From positions 1 through 54,168 of the IMG/VR virus record IMGVR_UViG_3300042197_001558: 54,168 nt of DNA. One strand, written 5' to 3'. A program made the translations under genes and the position numbers. Every line of letters starts with the position of its first letter. The stretch's first letter is position 1. The notes below the pieces were generated by a model that ran no database searches, was not told the origin of the DNA, and saw nothing but the letters and a program-made list of their open reading frames with translations. This document shows positions 28,659-37,214 of this stretch, piece by piece. This DNA comes from a virus. Taxonomy: Duplodnaviria; Caudoviricetes.

Positions 28659-28853
28659 ATGAATCGTATTCAAAAACTTGAACGTCTGCGCGATCTGGCA
28701 GATGAACTTAATCGTCTTCAACAAGAGTTGGCATCTGGCATGAATGTCTTAGATAGCCAGGTACATGAACGGCATACGATCCTAGAAGAAATTTGGGAAG
28801 ATGCTGAAGAAATGCTGAAATCTCTCAGTTTTTGGTCTACGGAAGATAAGTAA
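28659..28853 (+). CDS. hypothetical coiled-coil protein
   Basis: AAGGA SD. Confidence 0.65.
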   Translation: MNRIQKLERLRDLADELNRLQQELASGMNVLDSQVHERHTILEEIWEDAEEMLKSLSFWSTEDK

Positions 28854-28855
28854 TC

Positions 28856-29230
28856 ATGGGCACTCGTAGTTTTGTTGGCGTACAAATCGGTGATGTGATT
28901 CGTGCTGTTTATGTACATTTTGACGGTTATCTGGATGGGGTTGGTCAGGATCTTCAGGCATATACTACGCAAGAGGCAGTTGAAGAATTGATCAGCCACG
29001 GTGATCGTAGTTCACTGGATAGTGGATATTACCGAGATCGTGGCGAAACAGATGTTGATCCCAGTGACTATGGATCCTTTGAGGAATTTTTTGAGGCATG
29101 TGACGACTCATGGGGTGAATACTACTATCTATTCCGTGACGGGGTATGGTATTGTGGCAAAACTTACAGCAGTTCACCGCTATATCGTAAGCTGGTTCCC
29201 TATGCTGAAGTCATCTCTATGTCAAGTTGA
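28856..29230 (+). CDS. conserved phage protein (MGTR..YxHxDGY family)
   Basis: Motif and EYYYLF. Confidence 0.75.
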   Translation: MGTRSFVGVQIGDVIRAVYVHFDGYLDGVGQDLQAYTTQEAVEELISHGDRSSLDSGYYRDRGETDVDPSDYGSFEEFFEACDDSWGEYYYLFRDGVWYCGKTYSSSPLYRKLVPYAEVISMSS

Positions 29231-29255
29231 CAATAAATAGTGCCTGTAGTATACT
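29227..29255 (+). promoter_or_regulatory. early promoter (class D)
   Basis: TTGACA-N17-TATACT..TACAGTAGATAGAAAGG. Confidence 0.85.
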
Positions 29256-29286
29256 GTCTCTACAGTAGATAGAAAGGTAGCAGTAT

Positions 29287-29739
29287 ATGAAGAAGGGCGA
29301 AATGTTGGACAAGATGTTGGTAATTGCTACCAACGCTCACGCAGGTCAATTTGACCGTGGCGGAAATCCCTACATCCTGCACCCTCTTCGCGTGATGTCT
29401 TATCTCAATACTGATGACGAAGAACTGATGTGTACCGCCCTAGGGCACGATGTGATCGAGGATACCAAGGTCACCTATCGTGACCTGCGTGACGCAGGTA
29501 TCAGTGAGCGGGTTATTGCTGGTATTCGTGCTCTGACCAAACTGCCTGGGCAGACCTACGATGAATACAAGGAAGGTGTGTTCGCTAATATTGACGCTAT
29601 GCGTGTCAAGATGGCTGATCTTCGTCATAACACTGATATTCGTCGCCTCAAGGGTATTTCTGAAAAAGACATTGAGCGCATGGTCAAGTACCAAAAGTTT
29701 TATCTGGAACTTCAAGCAAGGCTGAATGATATGAATTGA
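29287..29739 (+). CDS. HD-domain RelA/SpoT-type hydrolase (small alarmone hydrolase-like)
   Basis: AHAGQFDRGGNPYILHPLRV, HDVIEDT, VKMADLRHN. Confidence 0.82.
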   Translation: MKKGEMLDKMLVIATNAHAGQFDRGGNPYILHPLRVMSYLNTDDEELMCTALGHDVIEDTKVTYRDLRDAGISERVIAGIRALTKLPGQTYDEYKEGVFANIDAMRVKMADLRHNTDIRRLKGISEKDIERMVKYQKFYLELQARLNDMN

Positions 29740-29764
29740 CAATAAATCAGAACACTGTTATACT
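29736..29764 (+). promoter_or_regulatory. early promoter
   Basis: TTGACA-N17-TATACT. Confidence 0.85.
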
Positions 29765-29797
29765 GTCTTTCTTGCGTTAAACAAAGGAGTGATTGAA

Positions 29798-29983
29798 ATG
29801 ATGAACTTTTACACCCAGGAAGAGTTTGAAGGTCAAATGGTCCAACTGATGGTTGCTGAAGGCGTTGATCGCCTAGAAGCATTCCGTATCGTGAGCCAGC
29901 GCGAACGGGCAGATGCCGCTGAGTATGAGCGTTGGCTGGATGCTCAAATTGCTGATCAGGAAATCTATCACGAGTTTGGTTGA
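29798..29983 (+). CDS. hypothetical protein
   Basis: AAGGAG SD. Confidence 0.7.
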   Translation: MMNFYTQEEFEGQMVQLMVAEGVDRLEAFRIVSQRERADAAEYERWLDAQIADQEIYHEFG

Positions 29984-29996
29984 TACGGTAACAGAG

Positions 29997-30025
29997 TTGA
30001 CAATAAATCGGCTCTGTTGTATACT
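29997..30025 (+). promoter_or_regulatory. early promoter (class D)
   Basis: TTGACA-N17-TATACT. Confidence 0.85.
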
Positions 30026-30055
30026 GTTCTTACAGTAGATAGAAAGGCAGTAATC

Positions 30056-30430
30056 ATGAAGCCCCGATTCTTTTTTGCTAGTTCTGACGTAGTGGTCATT
30101 GATCTCAATCCTGAGATGGCGGATTACGATAATCCGCGTGGCGAAATCTACGGTTACGCTACTTATGTCATAGCAGAAGATGAATGGGGGCATCGTTGCC
30201 GTCTTTATGTCGAGACATTGCCGTGTGGTTATGGAGAGCGGCGAGCAATGGAAGGTGCCCATCGCACAGCCAAGGCGCTCGTTGCTCGTCTTCAGTCTGG
30301 ACGTCTGCCTGTTGCTTTTGATCGATGGGAACCGATGACACCGGCTTACGGTAGCCATGCTTACATTGAAGAGGGTGGCGAAGATGATTTGATCGAATGG
30401 GAACGCCAGATGGACGAGGAGTACGCATGA
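30056..30430 (+). CDS. hypothetical protein
   Basis: PAYGS.AY motif; start follows the class D leader. Confidence 0.75.
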   Translation: MKPRFFFASSDVVVIDLNPEMADYDNPRGEIYGYATYVIAEDEWGHRCRLYVETLPCGYGERRAMEGAHRTAKALVARLQSGRLPVAFDRWEPMTPAYGSHAYIEEGGEDDLIEWERQMDEEYA

Positions 30431-30816
30431 GTGACGAAAATCGTCGTCAATTGATTAGTGATGGCATTGCCTTCATGCGATCAATCAGTGACCAATATGG
30501 CACAGAAACTGGTCTTCAACTGTGGGACAGGATCTGTGAAGTGTTGGATCCTAATGTCAAGGGTGAAATCTTTATTGCCATGTTGACTGGTGATACCAGA
30601 GCAAAATTGACTATCTCGTGTAGTTCAGTTCAATTTAGCACAAATAGGATCCCCCACATCAAGGCAATTCGTGAAGTGACTGGGCTTGGTCTTAAAGAGG
30701 CTAAGGATTTGAGTGATCTTATGTTCAATGGACAGCCGGTGTCTATTACTGTCAAAGAAGGACTTTCAAGGCAATATGCTAGAGATTTTCTAAGAGATGC
30801 TGGTCTTATTGTTTAA
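30427..30816 (+). CDS. protein with ribosomal bL12 C-terminal-like domain
   Basis: NRIPHIKAIREVTGLGLKEAKDL. Confidence 0.75.
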   Translation: MSDENRRQLISDGIAFMRSISDQYGTETGLQLWDRICEVLDPNVKGEIFIAMLTGDTRAKLTISCSSVQFSTNRIPHIKAIREVTGLGLKEAKDLSDLMFNGQPVSITVKEGLSRQYARDFLRDAGLIV

Positions 30817-30835
30817 TTTTTTGAAAGGTAAAAAA

Positions 30836-31051
30836 ATGTTTAAGTTGAATCGTGCTGCTGCTATCGAAACTGCCAAAGTTATTCTGTTTTCTATTGTAGT
30901 TGCTATTGCGACTGCACTGGTGGTGAATTTCGTGAGTATGGAATTTATCATGATCGGATTTTTGATTGCGGCATTCGGATTCTTGATCAAGATGATTTAT
31001 GATAATAATGTAGATCGTCAACAGTCATCTAAGTCTTCAAACGAGGAATAA
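30836..31051 (+). CDS. two-TM membrane protein
   Basis: Two hydrophobic helices; AAGGT SD. Confidence 0.7.
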   Translation: MFKLNRAAAIETAKVILFSIVVAIATALVVNFVSMEFIMIGFLIAAFGFLIKMIYDNNVDRQQSSKSSNEE

Positions 31052-31055
31052 CAAA

Positions 31056-31469
31056 ATGGAATTCATTGTAGAGGCAAAGTCTAATTCAGTGACAAAACAA
31101 TATATTGAGTCACTGATTCCATCACTGTTGTCTCAACTGAAACTTGGTAGAAGTCGTAAACTACTACATGTTATTCTGGACAAAGATCTAGCAGAACATG
31201 GGCTTACAATGGATATGACTGACGCGTCTGGGTCGTATTTGGTGGTCATTAGGCCAGACCGAAATCTAACAACAGTTGGTATGACACTAGCGCATGAGAT
31301 GGTACATGTCAAGCAGATGGCGTGTGGAATAATGAAGCATGGTAGTCGTGGTAGTGTGTACTGGCGTGGCAAGAAGTTTACTAAAAAGGTCAAGTATCTA
31401 GATTGTCCGTGGGAAATTCAGGCATTCAGTCGGCAAGAGATTTTGTTCCGTCGTGCTCTTGAGGCTTGA
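31056..31469 (+). CDS. HEXXH zinc metallopeptidase-like protein
   Basis: TLAHEMVHVKQ...PWEIQA. Confidence 0.75.
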   Translation: MEFIVEAKSNSVTKQYIESLIPSLLSQLKLGRSRKLLHVILDKDLAEHGLTMDMTDASGSYLVVIRPDRNLTTVGMTLAHEMVHVKQMACGIMKHGSRGSVYWRGKKFTKKVKYLDCPWEIQAFSRQEILFRRALEA

Positions 31470-31470
31470 T

Positions 31471-31499
31471 TTGACGATAAATCGCGGTAGTGCTATACT
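31471..31499 (+). promoter_or_regulatory. early promoter
   Basis: TTGACG-N17-TATACT. Confidence 0.85.
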
Positions 31500-31528
31500 G
31501 TGTTTGTTGTCGATACAAGGAGTCAGAT

Positions 31529-31786
31529 ATGAAGATCAAGTTCTACAGCGATCCCGGTCATGGTTGGGGTGCGGTCAAGCGCAAGGTTCTTGACGAACTG
31601 GGCATTGCCGATCAGATCACACCTTTCTCCTATCAGAAGGGTCAAACTGTCTATCTTGAGGAAGACTGCGATCTTTCCACTCTTGTCACCAAGTTGGCAC
31701 TGAATGGTGTCGTTGTTGAGTACGAACAACATAGCACGGAAGGGCGTAGTCCTATCCGTAGTTATGATCGTTTTTCCGCTACCTAA
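31529..31786 (+). CDS. conserved phage protein (DPGHGW..YLEEDCD)
   Basis: Motifs; AAGGAG SD. Confidence 0.75.
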   Translation: MKIKFYSDPGHGWGAVKRKVLDELGIADQITPFSYQKGQTVYLEEDCDLSTLVTKLALNGVVVEYEQHSTEGRSPIRSYDRFSAT

Positions 31787-31801
31787 CAAGGAGTTCAAAT
31801 C

Positions 31802-32032
31802 ATGAATACCGTTACTTATCGTGGTGTTGTGTATGATGCTCGTCATGGTGGTTCGTTCGACCGTGGCAGTTGTGACAGTTATTACCACCGTGTTTGCCGC
31901 CCGCACTTCTACACAGGGGCGACCTACTTTACCCAAGAAATCGTCCCTGAAAAGGGTAGTCCAGAATATTCTGCCTATATGGCTGGATATGAATATAATG
32001 AAGAATTGGGTGACAAGAAGGATTGGGATTAA
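31802..32032 (+). CDS. hypothetical protein
   Basis: HGGSFDRG..DSYY; AAGGAG SD. Confidence 0.75.
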   Translation: MNTVTYRGVVYDARHGGSFDRGSCDSYYHRVCRPHFYTGATYFTQEIVPEKGSPEYSAYMAGYEYNEELGDKKDWD

Positions 32033-32044
32033 TAACCATTAATC

Positions 32045-32080
32045 GATCCTCTTTGGACCATAAATAGGGCAGAGAGGATC
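32045..32080 (+). promoter_or_regulatory. late promoter inside an RBS-sequestering hairpin
   Basis: GATCCTCT...ATAAATA...AGAGGATC. Confidence 0.75.
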
Positions 32081-32086
32081 AATTAA

Positions 32087-32737
32087 ATGTCGTTATTAGT
32101 ATTAAATTTACCGCCTATTCACTGCTATATTCGTAAAGAATTTCTATATGATTTTCAACGAGGAGAAGGTGAATATGTTCCCTGTATCTGGGTTACTGCT
32201 AAATCAATTCGTGGCCAGGCCTTTCGTATAGAAGCATATATGCCAGAATATGGCGCACTATATGATAAATTGCCACTACATGCGTTTGTTTCTAGAACAG
32301 AAAATCTAGGTGAATTTTTACCACTGGACTATTTACAAATTTGGGATTGTTTTAGTCATCACGCTACTATCATTAAGAAAAGTTTTATAGGCAATTTATC
32401 AGCAAAATTCTTTGCGAAAAATAAATGTTGGTATGGCGGCAATTACTTATTTACCATTGATAATTGTAGTCCAGATCCAAATCTATTTGATACCAATTAC
32501 AGTGAATGGCCAGAAGATCATAAATCATTTAATTTCATAGAGTTGGACAATGGTCAATATGCGGCTCAGCCAAACAATCGTACACTATTCCTAGATCCTG
32601 CTAGTAATCCAAAAGAATTGCTATTTCCGGATTTCAAGGTATGTACCAAGACCTATCGTGTAGAACAGAATGCCAAGTGGGCACTGGGAGACACTGATAC
32701 CGTGATGTACACTGACCAAGAAAAATTTGACAAATAA
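32087..32737 (+). CDS. conserved late hypothetical protein
   Basis: NLPP..YIRKEFLY..QIWDCFS..AAQPNNR. Confidence 0.8.
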   Translation: MSLLVLNLPPIHCYIRKEFLYDFQRGEGEYVPCIWVTAKSIRGQAFRIEAYMPEYGALYDKLPLHAFVSRTENLGEFLPLDYLQIWDCFSHHATIIKKSFIGNLSAKFFAKNKCWYGGNYLFTIDNCSPDPNLFDTNYSEWPEDHKSFNFIELDNGQYAAQPNNRTLFLDPASNPKELLFPDFKVCTKTYRVEQNAKWALGDTDTVMYTDQEKFDK

Positions 32738-32755
32738 TCGTTCTTTTGTTATACT
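32727..32755 (+). promoter_or_regulatory. early promoter (class C)
   Basis: TTGACA-N17-TATACT-GTATTCACTGAAC. Confidence 0.85.
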
Positions 32756-32785
32756 GTATTCACTGAACGAAACGAGGTAAACAAA

Positions 32786-33028
32786 GTGTCTCAGATCAAA
32801 GTCGGTGATATTGTGAAGAGCCTGGACTTCAATGGCATTGATTCCTGCTACATGATTGGCAAGGTTGTCGGCATTCATTTTGACGGTACTTTCCGAGCAA
32901 AGTTTATTAAGCGTGTTTGGGAAGGTGTTGAAGATCGCAAGTTTAAGACTGATTTCTTCACGGCGCCTCAGCAAGGTCAACAAATGTTTGACAAGCCTGA
33001 ATTTCCCCGTGTAGTCGTTATCGGTTGA
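32786..33028 (+). CDS. hypothetical protein
   Basis: GAGG SD; GTG start. Confidence 0.75.
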   Translation: MSQIKVGDIVKSLDFNGIDSCYMIGKVVGIHFDGTFRAKFIKRVWEGVEDRKFKTDFFTAPQQGQQMFDKPEFPRVVVIG

Positions 33029-33053
33029 CAATAATTCCTACACCTGCTATACT
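33025..33053 (+). promoter_or_regulatory. early promoter (class C)
   Basis: TTGACA-N17-TATACT. Confidence 0.85.
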
Positions 33054-33083
33054 GTATTCACTGAACAAAACGAGGTAAACAAA

Positions 33084-33494
33084 ATGGCTTACGTTTCCCA
33101 GGCTGACAAGACAAAGATCGCCGCGCAAATCAAGCCCTTGCTCAAGAAGTATGGCGTCAAGGGTACTCTGAGCATTCGTAATCACAGCACTATCGTTCTG
33201 ACCTTGAAGTCCGGCAAGATCGATTTTATCGGTAATAGTAACCGTGTCTGTGCTAAGTCTGGCCGTATGAACAACGGTTGGCAACCCAACACCAGCGGTA
33301 ATGCTAGCGTTAATCGCTATTGGTTCCATGAGCACTACGACGGTGCAGCCAAGGCTTTCCTTACCGAGGCATACAAGGCGCTGATGTCTGCCGATTGGTA
33401 CGATAATAGTGATGCTATGACCGACTACTTCAATACGGCGTATTACATGGATATCAATATCGGCAAGTGGGATAAGCCCTACATTGTTGAATAA
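33084..33494 (+). CDS. conserved phage protein (DNSDAMTDYF motif)
   Basis: Motif; GAGG SD. Confidence 0.75.
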   Translation: MAYVSQADKTKIAAQIKPLLKKYGVKGTLSIRNHSTIVLTLKSGKIDFIGNSNRVCAKSGRMNNGWQPNTSGNASVNRYWFHEHYDGAAKAFLTEAYKALMSADWYDNSDAMTDYFNTAYYMDINIGKWDKPYIVE

Positions 33495-33526
33495 TCTTTT
33501 CAAATAACTTGTAAAAATAACCTAAC

Positions 33527-33703
33527 ATGATTAAAATTACTTTTGTTGTTCTGTTTGTTTGGATGCTGATTGTTATGACCATTCAGGCCATGCGTCGTGC
33601 ATCTGGGCAACAGTTAGTTTCTTGGATCAAACTGTCTGGTCTAGGAATTGTCGGTGCAGCACTAACTAGTGTTGTATTGTTCTTGTTCGTTACCCTGTTC
33701 TAA
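33527..33703 (+). CDS. small two-TM protein (58 aa)
   Basis: Not in ORF track; MIKITFVVLFVWMLIV... Confidence 0.65.
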   Translation: MIKITFVVLFVWMLIVMTIQAMRRASGQQLVSWIKLSGLGIVGAALTSVVLFLFVTLF

Positions 33704-33714
33704 AGGAAATCAAA

Positions 33715-33816
33715 ATGAATCTGTCTGCTTTGGAGATTTTTGGTCGTGTAGTCTACTTTGCCCTGGGTGCAGTAGTGACTTATGGTCTGTTTGTTTCTGG
33801 TATTCTCTCTGTTTAA
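33715..33816 (+). CDS. single-TM peptide (33 aa)
   Basis: AAGGA SD; MNLSALEIFGRVVYFALG... Confidence 0.55.
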   Translation: MNLSALEIFGRVVYFALGAVVTYGLFVSGILSV

Positions 33817-33827
33817 AGGAAATTAAA

Positions 33828-34628
33828 ATGAAGCGTGTATTTACTCTTGGTATTCTTGCTGCTGCCGTTCTTGCTGCGGGCTGCACTCGAATTGAAACCG
33901 GCGAAGTTGGTGTTCGTGTAGACTTCTCCAAGCAGGTTCAACCTGGTGAACTTCTGCCCGGTAGTTTCAATCAAACTCTGATCGGCGATGTCCTGACATT
34001 CCCTGTCAAGGATCTCAATGTGGTTCTAGAGAATATGACTCCAGTTGCTAAAGATAATTCAACCATGAAGGATCTTGATGCTGTGGTTGTATATAGTATC
34101 AATCCTCAACAAGTTAGCGAACTGTACGCTACAAAGAATCGTGCGTTCCACGTAGTGGATAATAGTGGTGATGTCTACCTCATGTATAACTATATCGTAC
34201 AGAATGCTCGTAATGCTATCTACAAGGCAGCACGAAAGTATGAAGCCCTAGATATGGCAGACAACCGTACGGACATGGAAACCTTCATCAAGGAAGAAGT
34301 TGTTCGTAATCTGGCCGAAGAAAAGTTGGATGGTGCTCTGAACATTACACAGGTTCTGATTCGTAATGTAGTGCCTGCGGACAGTGTGGTAGCAAGTGCC
34401 AATGAACTAGTTCGTGCTAAGAATGAACTGAAACAGAAGGAAATCGAGGTCAAGACTGCTGAGGCTGAAGCTCGTCGTATGGCGGCGCTGGCTAATAACA
34501 GTTCAAGTTCAATTGCTTTTATGCAGGCTCAGGCTCAACTGAATATTTCAGAGGCAGTCAAGGCTGGTAAGGTTCAGACTATTATCATCCCAAGCACACT
34601 GACCATGTTGGGTAATGTAAAACAATAA
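33828..34628 (+). CDS. SPFH/band 7 (prohibitin) lipoprotein
   Basis: Lipobox LAAGC; RIETGEVGVRV; coiled-coil AEAEA. Confidence 0.85.
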   Translation: MKRVFTLGILAAAVLAAGCTRIETGEVGVRVDFSKQVQPGELLPGSFNQTLIGDVLTFPVKDLNVVLENMTPVAKDNSTMKDLDAVVVYSINPQQVSELYATKNRAFHVVDNSGDVYLMYNYIVQNARNAIYKAARKYEALDMADNRTDMETFIKEEVVRNLAEEKLDGALNITQVLIRNVVPADSVVASANELVRAKNELKQKEIEVKTAEAEARRMAALANNSSSSIAFMQAQAQLNISEAVKAGKVQTIIIPSTLTMLGNVKQ

Positions 34629-34640
34629 TGTGTTTTTGAT

Positions 34641-34667
34641 AAAATAGCCTCTTACGGGGCTATTTTT
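34641..34667 (+). terminator. intrinsic terminator
   Basis: AAAATAGCCTC-TTAC-GGGGCTATTTTT. Confidence 0.85.
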
Positions 34668-34748
34668 ATTTTATCAATCATATTGTTGGTATAAATACAA
34701 GTGCTCAATCTTAGTATTGAGTTTTAACACACACAGAAGGATAACAAT

Positions 34749-34904
34749 ATGATATTTTCATTTTTCAAAAACTTCTTTAATGATTTACGAATCAGGCAAG
34801 AAGAAGTAGACTACTATATTTCTACTAAAAATCCATCCAGTCCAGTTGATGTAGAATTCTGGCTAAGAAAATACGAACAGCAAAGGGTTGGAAAATGGAT
34901 TTAA
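34749..34904 (+). CDS. small late protein (51 aa)
   Basis: TATAAATA upstream; AAGGA SD; not in ORF track. Confidence 0.65.
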   Translation: MIFSFFKNFFNDLRIRQEEVDYYISTKNPSSPVDVEFWLRKYEQQRVGKWI

Positions 34905-35032
34905 TTAAAAACTCACTACAATATCTTTGGGATTTACTAGAAGATTTTGGTAGAGCAAAAGCAGCGGCCGCACTAGCAAGAGACGGCAAATATGATTTAG
35001 CACGAGAAATAATTTCAAAATCAAAATGCTAA
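34895..35032 (+). CDS. small protein (45 aa)
   Basis: FGRAKAAAALARDGKYDLA; overlaps the previous gene. Confidence 0.6.
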   Translation: MDLIKNSLQYLWDLLEDFGRAKAAAALARDGKYDLAREIISKSKC

Positions 35033-35087
35033 TTTAAAATGTATACTACGAGTATAATGACATACACACATACACAAGGAGAAAAAC

Positions 35088-35375
35088 ATGTCACAATTTG
35101 AAATGCCTAAGGCACCAGAAGTAAAGTTCAACAAGAACGGATATGAGATTCGCACAGAAATTCTTGGCATGGCCAAGGATCTCGTAGGAGAAGAATTTCA
35201 TTCTAAGTTTCACGGTTGGGAACTAACAGTAGAGCGCGATCCAAAAAATGGACAAGCGGTAACTAGAGTTGGTATGCCCGAGTTTCCTGGACTAGATCAG
35301 GTTCTTGCTACCGCGGAAAAGATGTACGAATTCGTAAACGCGGGCACAAGATATTCTGGTAAAACAACCAAGTAA
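35088..35375 (+). CDS. conserved phage protein (NGYEIRTEIL)
   Basis: AAGGAG SD preceded by CA repeats. Confidence 0.8.
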   Translation: MSQFEMPKAPEVKFNKNGYEIRTEILGMAKDLVGEEFHSKFHGWELTVERDPKNGQAVTRVGMPEFPGLDQVLATAEKMYEFVNAGTRYSGKTTK

Positions 35376-35396
35376 TATCTAATCGTCATCAACGAT

Positions 35397-35423
35397 AAAG
35401 GGTCAGAAATTCTGACCCTTTTT
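35397..35423 (+). terminator. intrinsic terminator
   Basis: AAAGGGTCAGA-AAT-TCTGACCCTTTTT. Confidence 0.85.
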
Positions 35424-35428
35424 GCCAT

Positions 35429-35457
35429 TTGACACAAAATATCCAGTATGCTATACT
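35429..35457 (+). promoter_or_regulatory. early promoter
   Basis: TTGACA-N17-TATACT. Confidence 0.85.
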
Positions 35458-35487
35458 AGCATCATCTTAGAAAAAGATGAGAAAAAC

Positions 35488-36051
35488 ATGAAGACTTGGA
35501 TTGGATCGGACTTTCATTGGGGTCACAGTGGTATCATGCGGCATTGCCCTGCTACTCGTGGTCACTACCATGATGTTGAGCATATGAATGCCGACATGAC
35601 TGAGCGTTGGAATTCCATCGTAGGTACCAACGACGTGGTTTACATGTTGGGCGATATTGCTTTCATGAGCGGCTTTGAAGCCAGTAAAATTGTGGGTAGG
35701 CTGAATGGCCGTAAGATCCTGCTTGTTGGCAATCACGATAGTAAGACCATCAAGGATAGTAATTTTCGTCGATGTTTTCAAGAAATTCACAATTATCTGG
35801 AAGTCAAGTACGATGGCCGTCGTTTGGTCATGATGCACTATCCTCTGGTAGAATGGAATCAGTGCCATCATGGTGCCCTACATTTTCACGGACATCTGCA
35901 TCAGAATCCAAGTGGACTGGAACGGTATCGTGCTCGAAACGTGGGCTGGGATTATACCGGACGATTTCTTTCTACCATGGAAGAAATGATTGAGGACGCT
36001 ATGCGTGGTGAAATCAAACGCCATGGCGATGGTGAACAACCTGTAATGTAA
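35488..36051 (+). CDS. calcineurin-like metallophosphoesterase
   Basis: SDFHWGH, LGD, GNHD, HYP, HGHLH. Confidence 0.88.
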   Translation: MKTWIGSDFHWGHSGIMRHCPATRGHYHDVEHMNADMTERWNSIVGTNDVVYMLGDIAFMSGFEASKIVGRLNGRKILLVGNHDSKTIKDSNFRRCFQEIHNYLEVKYDGRRLVMMHYPLVEWNQCHHGALHFHGHLHQNPSGLERYRARNVGWDYTGRFLSTMEEMIEDAMRGEIKRHGDGEQPVM

Positions 36052-36062
36052 TTGAGAATTAT

Positions 36063-36374
36063 ATGAATATTGTACATGTCGGTTGGTGTCGTGAAGGCAA
36101 TCACGACAAGGTCTGGGGTGTTATCCTGTTGAGCGAAGGAGTGTTCAATCGATTTGGATTTCTCTGTAATAAATATGCTACTTTCTGGGGCAGGCGCGGT
36201 GGTAAACTTCAGACAAAGATTTTTGAGGGCAGAACATGGGACGTTAAGGATATGTTTGATAAGAAGCTGAATAAAGGTTATAAGAAAATTAACCCAGACG
36301 ATTTAGATCGTGTATATCCAGAATTTCGTGAAGATCTGGAGAAAACCGCGGTATGGGCGATACTATCATCTTGA
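36063..36374 (+). CDS. WGR-like domain protein
   Basis: HDKVWG..FWGRRG..KLNKGY. Confidence 0.65.
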   Translation: MNIVHVGWCREGNHDKVWGVILLSEGVFNRFGFLCNKYATFWGRRGGKLQTKIFEGRTWDVKDMFDKKLNKGYKKINPDDLDRVYPEFREDLEKTAVWAILSS

Positions 36375-36391
36375 TGTTGTAGGAGAATAAA

Positions 36392-36544
36392 ATGTTATAT
36401 GTGGTTTCTGTTTTTCTGATTATTTTGAGTAGTTTGATGGGATGGTTAGAAGGACAACGTACTGTTGCTACAGAATGCCGACTACTAGGTGCATTCTATG
36501 TTGGTACTACGGTATACGAATGCCGTGTCAAAGAAAAGGTATGA
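36392..36544 (+). CDS. small membrane/exported protein (50 aa)
   Basis: AGGAG SD; not in ORF track. Confidence 0.6.
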   Translation: MLYVVSVFLIILSSLMGWLEGQRTVATECRLLGAFYVGTTVYECRVKEKV

Positions 36545-36909
36545 ATCAAACTGATCTTGATCTACTTGACCTTGCCGCGAAAGCAGCGGGATACAAAAAG
36601 TATTACTCACATTACTTAGGCAGAGACTCCTTTGTAACCTATGACGATGAATACTATAGCGAGGTCTACGAGCGTAGGGTAGTTGGTGAGAAAACTCTTG
36701 ATTGGAACCCCCTCGCCGACGACGGCGATGCGCTGCGGCTGGCGGTGACGTTAAAGATCGACGTAAAGCACTACGACGATTATGTCGTGGGCTGGTTCGA
36801 TGGTGGCTACATCGGAACTGGGCGCATTTTCTATGAAGGCGACCCCTACGCCGCCACCCGCCGCGCTATCGTCAGGGCTGCGGCTGAGATTGGAAGGAAT
36901 ATGACATGA
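36541..36909 (+). CDS. WNPL.DDGDA..RRAIVRAAAEIG family protein, copy 1
   Basis: ATGA overlap; paralog of the next gene. Confidence 0.75.
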   Translation: MNQTDLDLLDLAAKAAGYKKYYSHYLGRDSFVTYDDEYYSEVYERRVVGEKTLDWNPLADDGDALRLAVTLKIDVKHYDDYVVGWFDGGYIGTGRIFYEGDPYAATRRAIVRAAAEIGRNMT

Positions 36910-37214
36910 CTGAAACTGATCGTGAATTGTTGATGTTTGCCGCGAAGGCGGCGGGACTAACACCGGACATCGGAGTCTATATCAAAACCGGCCACATGCT
37001 TGTCAAAAGCGAGAGTGCCGAACAGCCCTTTTTCTGGAACCCCCTAACCGACGACGGCGATGCGTTTAGGTTAGCAGTGAAGTTGAATCTTTTTCAAGAA
37101 CCTGCATTCACGTTGTATGAGCTTATCCCTGCTTCTATTGAACAAGATGCTCTCGTCGCCACGCGCCGCGCTATCGTCAGGGCTGCGGCAGAAATTGGAA
37201 GGAATATGAAATGA
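36906..37214 (+). CDS. WNPL.DDGDA..RRAIVRAAAEIG family protein, copy 2
   Basis: Shares 5', middle and 3' blocks with copy 1. Confidence 0.75.
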   Translation: MTETDRELLMFAAKAAGLTPDIGVYIKTGHMLVKSESAEQPFFWNPLTDDGDAFRLAVKLNLFQEPAFTLYELIPASIEQDALVATRRAIVRAAAEIGRNMK

